Origin: Cladosporium halotolerans
Taxonomy: Eukaryota
Direction: 5' to 3'
NCBI RefSeq assembly: GCF_011745625.1
Contig: NW_027191462.1
Span: 372,001 to 436,000, forward strand
DNA length: 64,000 bases
Part shown: piece by piece, positions 58,601-64,000 of the stretch
Layout: every line of letters begins with the position of its first letter
How positions within the stretch are numbered: position 1 is the stretch's first letter
Made by a program: the position numbers and the translations under genes
The notes under the pieces: generated by a model
Seen by the model: only the letters and a program-made list of their open reading frames with translations
Database searches by the model: none
Told to the model about the DNA's origin: nothing

Positions 58601-59801
58601 ATGGATAACGAGAAGGTTGGAGATTTCCTCGCCGATCAGCGCGAGCAGGCGAACGATAATTTGCAGTATTACTTCCTGACTTTCGAGGACTTTTGGGAGC
58701 GTAAACTGTGGCACGAGCTCACCGATACCCTCCTTGAGTTCTATGGCGAGCAGCAGAGCGCATCACAGCGGATACCGATCTTCGAGAACTTCGTCAAGGC
58801 GTTTGCGGACAAGATCAATCAGTTGAAGTTGGTTAGGCTGGGTTTGAGCGCAGCGGGACAATACAAAGGTGAGCTTCTTTGCGACCGCGATGCCATATGG
58901 CGTGCTAACTTGAGGACTTGCAGATGACGAGCAGCGCCTCACATTCCTCGAGAGCCTCGCGACCCGAGTCGACAAGCCCGCGTCGCAAGATGCTTACGTT
59001 TTCGCCCTCACACGTGTCGCCGGCGTGCGCTTACGTCTCGACCAGAGCGCCGAGGCGCGCAAGGACTTGGACAAGTGCGAAGCCATTCTCGACAACTTTG
59101 ACTCGGTAGAGACTGTTGTCCACGCCAGCTTCTACCGCGTAGGTGCCGACTATTACCAATCGCAAAACAACTTTGCCGCCTTCTACCGCACTACGCTGCT
59201 CTACCTTGCCTGTGTCGATCTCGACGGACTCGCTCAGTCTGAAAAACACCGCCTCGCATACGACCTTGCCCTTGCCGCGCTCGTATCCGAGACAATCTAC
59301 AACTTCGGTGAGCTCCTGCTGCACCCTATCCTCGACAGCCTGGCCAAGACCGAGCACTCGTGGCTGCGTGACCTGCTCTTCGCCTTCAACCGCGGCGATC
59401 TTGGCGCATACAACATTCTCCAGTCGCACCTGCAGGGTAACGGCCTGCTGCAGCGCCACCAGCAATTCCTGTACCAGAAGATCAGCCTGTCGGCCCTCAC
59501 CCAGCTCGTGTTCTCTCGCGCGCCCAACGATCGCAGCATGACCTTCGCTACCATCAGCCAGGAGACCAAAGTGAACCTGGACGAGATCGAGCATTTGATC
59601 ATGAAGGCGCTGAGCTTGGGTCTGCTCAAGGGTAGCATCGACCAGGTGGACGAAGTGGCTCGCATCTCTTGGGTGCAGCCGAAGGTCTTGGACAAGGCCG
59701 GTATCGAGGCCATGCGTCAGCGCCTGCGCGAGTGGGATGGCGGTGTCGAGAAGCTTGGTGTCTGGATTGAGAACTCCGGTCAGGATGTTTGGGCTGCCTA
59801 A
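58601..59801 (+). CDS. RPN9: 26S proteasome lid subunit Rpn9 (PSMD13), PCI domain; intron ~58869-58923
   Basis: FEDFWERKLWHELT, KINQLKLV, IYNFGELLLHPIL, EHLIMKALSLGLLKGSIDQV, SWVQPKVL. Confidence 0.96.
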
Positions 59802-60402
59802 GGAATCTCACTATCAACGAGCAATTGCTTGAGCCATGAGATGTGGCTTTAACGTTGGGCTGTTGGTGCATGTCAAAAAGCATAGATGGCGTTTCCGTCC
59901 ACCACGGGCGTCTCGTGGCCATAAACGAGATTGGGAGAAATCAGCAGTGTCGGCGTAGTCGGCGTAGCAAGGTAAAGGAGAACACGCTAGCCAGCCACCA
60001 AGGCGGGCAAGCATCACGATAGACGTAGTTTAGCATGACAGTAACTGGATGTATTATAATGCGTACTGCGAGAAAAACTCTTCCATGTCATTCTTCCACT
60101 GATGTAGGCTTCTGCTATTCAATTTTGCATATCTGCGATTGATGATCGGGTACTGTAATTGGGTGTTTGAGTGAAGTTCAATCAGGCTCCAATCACATGC
60201 GGCAGCCTGCAAAGCTTCGCGCTGCCTGGCGTTGCCTTGAACATCTGAAGATTCATCTTGCGACTTATTAACGTCACAACGAACACCGCAATCAGATACC
60301 ATAAAAGAGAGCAAACAACATTTTCCAGGCTTGCCCTTGTGACCACACGACAAGTGCCACTATCTTAGGAAAACTTTACATCGATTAAAAACAACAAAAA
60401 TC

Positions 60403-61153
60403 ATGCCCGACTTCAAGCCCGTCAACCTCTACGGCGGCGCCATCACTGCCGAATTTCCCGCCACCTTTGGCGATGTCAGGTAAGATCAGAAGACACACTC
60501 CGATTGACGAAGCTCCAGACTGACACTATGCTCGTAGTGACATCCGACAAGTACCCGACAACCAAGAAGTCTACCTCGATGCAAACGGTTTCTCGTCCAT
60601 CGTCGTGGAAATCCTCGAACGCGTGGAGAAACCCGACACCGAGGCGTTGGAGTACCACTTGAGAGACCTTGTTGAAGACGAAGAGGACGATGCAGCGGAA
60701 AAGACTAAGGTGTGGTGGAGTGGTACTGCTGTGGGCGCGAAGCTACCGTGAGTTGTCCCTCTTTTTCCTACTTTTGTTTGACTTTCTTGGATACGCCGAC
60801 TCTTTTCCGTCCAGAATCCATTGCGCCATTAAAGCAGTCACTGACCAGTGAATAGTCCGAGCACACCGACCTACAACCTCCTCGCCACCTCGCCTCCGGG
60901 CGCTAAGCAGCAGGGCAGGGCGAACGAGCCGGAGTTTGTGGCGATCATGCTCACGCTCATCAGACTTGCTGCTCAGGAAACCGACATCTTAGTCACCGTC
61001 AATGTCCCTCATGTGAAAGGACAATTTGAGGAAGGGAGCGTGGATCTAGAGCATGGCAAAACGGGGCCGTTGTTGGAGCAGGCGGCGAAGTGGAGGCAGA
61101 GGGTGTTGGAGACGTTGGAGGTCAAGGAATGGGGTCTTTTCGGTGGAGAGTAA
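60403..61153 (+). CDS. MOG1: Ran guanine-nucleotide release factor Mog1 (Mog1/PsbP-like); 2 introns
   Basis: Spliced MPDFKPVNLYGGAITAEFPATFGDV|SDIRQVPDNQEVY..SIVVEILE..ALEYH; last exon LIRLAAQETDILVTVNVP...LEVKEWGLF. Confidence 0.9.
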
Positions 61154-61324
61154 TGCTTGTTATAACTGCCATGGTAACATGATGGGAAAGGAACTGGATT
61201 CACTGGAAAAATGGAAGTACAATTGGCGAGGGAATGCTTAGGATAATAAATGATATGAAAAAATTCTACCAGCACCTGACTCCGACGCTAAGACCAAGGA
61301 CCTTGTCCTTCAAGCGCAACAAAA

Positions 61325-63349
61325 TCAATCATCGAGCACAACAACATCGAGTCCACGCACGATATCGTCCATGCCGCTTCCAGAGCCATCAGCCCGTGGG
61401 TTGGCCTCTTCAGCAGCCTTCTTCTCCTTCTCTTCCCGATACTTCCTCCCCACAGCCTCCATGACCTCTTTCTGACTGCTCCCCGGGGGCAGACTCTTCT
61501 TGACCTCCGCGAAATGCATCTTCACAAACCCCGCATACCCCCCTACCTTGCCACCGACCACCGCACCACCCCGGGGCACAGGCTTGACCTGCAACAACTT
61601 ACCCCTGCAACGGCCGCACGTGTGCCGCTTCGGATCAATGCTCTTCGAGTGCCGCTTGAACTCGGCCCAGCAGTCCTCGCTACTGCACCGCCAGACGTAT
61701 TTATAGTCAATCTGATAGCTATGCTTAGTCGTGACATGCACGCCGCGGCCGCCAAACGCTTTCGCGCACTTCTGGCCCCAGGCTTTGAACGACGCGCCGT
61801 GCGGCTGGTCTTTGATTCCGGAGACCATGAAGTTGGCCAGATGGCAGAATTCGTGGGCAAGGACGTTGAGCAGGCGCTCTTCGTCGTCGATGACTTTCTC
61901 CGCGAGCTCGATCGAGGCATGGTGTTTGTAGGTTACGGTCGAGGGGGCTGTCGGTGAGAGCCGTGTCTTTATCCCTTCTCGGCGCCAGTTGGCGCGGCCT
62001 GCGGTTTTGTTAAGTGTCTTGCTCCAGATGAGGCGGACACCGCCGGCTGAAGCGGTGAGAGAAGCGATTTGGCCGCAGGTGATGGTCTGGTCGAGTTCGG
62101 TGAGGAAATTTTCGGCTAGGGCGTGCTTGCGGGCGGAGAAGTCTTTTTTGGCTTGAATCTCGGCTGCGGTGCGTTTCGTTGGGCTTGATGTTGATTTCTT
62201 TGGCGACGATGTGGGTGTTGAGGCTTCCTGTTCGGGAATGAAAAGACTCTTCTTTGGCGATTTGATTGTCTTTCTGGGAGAGTATTGGTCGTTCCACTCG
62301 TTGACCGTGTCCGCGTTCCAGAATCCATCAATGCTCTGTCTCAGCGGTGGAGTAGGGATTCTGATTTTGGTTTTCGAAGGAGACACCAGACGAGACTTGG
62401 AAGGCGAGGCAGGAGGTGGCGTGACTGGTCGCTCTGGTGTTTCCTCCCTAGGTCGGGTGATGAGTCGAGGCGGTGAGAAGTGCAGGATGGCGTCGAGATT
62501 CTCCTTGTCGTGCGAGCTTGATGGCCTTGCATCCTGCTCTGCCTTAGAATCGTCACTTGAGGAACCCTCCCCGGCATCCTTCGACTTGCTGTCCTGGATA
62601 CTCAACCCCTGAAATCCCTGCAACGCCTCGTCCAGCCCATCCATAGGGCCATGGGAAGGTCTGGTAGGAAGCTTGCGCGGCCATAATTTCCTCGGACTAG
62701 GCAGTTCCTCCTCCGAGTCGTCCTCACTCGCGTCCGAACCGCACCAAACGCTCTCCTCTACCTCAGCTTCCTCCTCCGAATCGTTCTTACTGGCGTCCGA
62801 ACCACACCAAACGCTCTCCTCCACCTCAGCTTCCTCCTCGCCCTCCTCATCGTTCGCCACAACAGACGGCTTCAAAGACGGAATACTCGAGAAAGCATTG
62901 AGCTTCGGCATAGAAGGGGTTTTCGCAGACTCCTTGGCATTCCCAGAAATATCCTTCAGCGGCCGCCGCCTTGACCTTTCCGGCGACGCGATCTTCTGCC
63001 TCAGCTCGCTGTGGCTCTCCCTCGCCTTGAGAGGCGCGAGTTTGATCTGTCTTCTCCCTCGCGTAGAATCGGTCGAGGGTTTAACAGAGTCGTCCAGTCC
63101 ATCCGCGGCCGCCTGTGGAGGTTTGCTTGCCACTTTGCGCGGGAACAGTTTCCTAGGATCAGGCAGTTTCTCATCGGCATCCTCGTCGGTATTAGACTCA
63201 TCGTCCTGGATGACGTAGGATTTTTGCGCCTTCTTGCGCGGCGACGTCCGTAGCTTGGCCGTAGTCGGTATAGATGAGTTCTCCGCGTAGTCGTCGTCGC
63301 TGCCCGCAGCGGGCTTATCTATGGGAGACGCTCGTCGCAGACGGGCCAT
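61325..63349 (-). CDS. SprT-like metalloprotease, GCNA/ACRC-type architecture (disordered N-terminus, SprT, Zn finger, HMG-like tail)
   Basis: WSKTLNKTAGRA, IELAEKVID, LAHEFCHLA (HExxH), HGASFKAW, VTTKHSYQIDYKYVWRC, RHSKSID...CGRCRGKL, YAGFVK..F..VKK; likely ATG 63349 (MARLRR). Confidence 0.88.
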   Translation of the reverse strand: MARLRRASPIDKPAAGSDDDYAENSSIPTTAKLRTSPRKKAQKSYVIQDDESNTDEDADEKLPDPRKLFPRKVASKPPQAAADGLDDSVKPSTDSTRGRRQIKLAPLKARESHSELRQKIASPERSRRRPLKDISGNAKESAKTPSMPKLNAFSSIPSLKPSVVANDEEGEEEAEVEESVWCGSDASKNDSEEEAEVEESVWCGSDASEDDSEEELPSPRKLWPRKLPTRPSHGPMDGLDEALQGFQGLSIQDSKSKDAGEGSSSDDSKAEQDARPSSSHDKENLDAILHFSPPRLITRPREETPERPVTPPPASPSKSRLVSPSKTKIRIPTPPLRQSIDGFWNADTVNEWNDQYSPRKTIKSPKKSLFIPEQEASTPTSSPKKSTSSPTKRTAAEIQAKKDFSARKHALAENFLTELDQTITCGQIASLTASAGGVRLIWSKTLNKTAGRANWRREGIKTRLSPTAPSTVTYKHHASIELAEKVIDDEERLLNVLAHEFCHLANFMVSGIKDQPHGASFKAWGQKCAKAFGGRGVHVTTKHSYQIDYKYVWRCSSEDCWAEFKRHSKSIDPKRHTCGRCRGKLLQVKPVPRGGAVVGGKVGGYAGFVKMHFAEVKKSLPPGSSQKEVMEAVGRKYREEKEKKAAEEANPRADGSGSGMDDIVRGLDVVVLDD
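62705..62839 (-). repeat. 63-bp coding tandem duplication (21 aa, EEEAEVEESVWCGSDAS..DS) in the SprT gene
   Basis: Near-identical units start at 62705 and 62768, with a partial third at 62831. Confidence 0.9.
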
Positions 63350-63501
63350 GGCGGGTCGCAAGAGCTGCGGCGGCGAAAAGGTATGTGAAGAATATCTGCG
63401 GCGTGCTGTCTTTGCACTCGATCGGTACACATTGGTCCGCGGCGAGGTCTGCTTGAAGTTGATGCGCGTGGTTGCTGGGGGCAACGGGGCAGGGAAGCTT
63501 A

Positions 63502-63519
63502 CCCCAACCCTAACCCTAA
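63502..63519 (+). repeat. Short interstitial telomere-like motif CCCCAA-CCCTAA-CCCTAA
   Basis: Directly visible, ~155 bp upstream of the SprT gene ATG. Confidence 0.7.
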
Positions 63520-64000
63520 TGCCGCGGCTTTACTACATTTATGTCTGCGCGCGCGAGCGTCGAAATCCCACGCTGACTGCAACGAACGTGTCAGCACAGC
63601 ATATTCTCAATGTAGCGAATACTATTTCGGTAGAATGACACTACTCAGTCGTCCGTCTACATTACAAGCGAGCTGGAGAAAAAGGAAACTCGTATCTGCA
63701 GTCCCGCATCACGCACGTTATCCAAGAATTCATCATCCGTCGTGTCATCCCTTCTCAGCTGCCCAGCAGCTGCATCCCTACAAGCCCTTGCAGCCGCCAC
63801 TCGTCTGACAGTCGCGACCTCAGCCCCTCTGGAAGCGCTAGGTCTCTTCTAGCAAACCGGCAGCGAGCGAAAGAGGCGGTGACCGCCGTCTTTGTCGCTG
63901 TGCGCTGCGTTGGCCGTGTCGTCGGATGCGCTGTTCGACGAACAAGCGTGCGTGATTCGGGCTCCGGGCAAGTGCCGTGGTCATGCGACGTGTTCGTCGA

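Noticed and set aside
63640..64000. Possible 3' exon of a minus-strand gene entering from beyond the window
   Set aside because: Only a ~65-codon open stretch without recognisable similarity; cannot be supported without flanking sequence.
1..64000. Transposons, Starship captain, LTRs or RIP-degraded AT-rich blocks
   Set aside because: No transposase, reverse transcriptase or tyrosine recombinase motifs, terminal repeats or AT-rich tracts were seen; the window is uniformly gene-dense.

Overview
A gene-dense 64 kb window from a filamentous ascomycete (Pezizomycotina). Evidence: short GT-AG introns with CTRAC branch sites, a dispersed 5S rRNA gene and an intron-containing tRNA. I can support 28 protein-coding loci, one tRNA-Val(CAC) and one 5S rRNA. 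Housekeeping genes include eIF2A, HAUS1-like, RSA3, DOP1, MON1, EMG1, COX20, POL2, UBP8, NDUFA9, RPN9, MOG1 and a SprT/GCNA-like protease. Between them sit small accessory modules: a divergent GH105 hydrolase/ACS-family transporter pair followed by a cyanamide-hydratase-like gene; a lamB/lamA-type divergent pair (LamB/PxpA plus a urea-carboxylase-like biotin enzyme) flanked by a P450 and an NmrA-like reductase; and a divergent non-RD mini-kinase/F-box pair next to the 5S gene. Sequence-level oddities are an in-frame TGA in an otherwise intact sugar transporter, two GC-AG introns, an MCB palindrome upstream of POL2, a telomere-like motif upstream of the SprT gene, and a glyoxalase-fold protein with a long repeat-built tail. 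I saw no transposase, LTR or CRISPR. All calls come from motif recognition and manual splicing by eye; no database searches were run.
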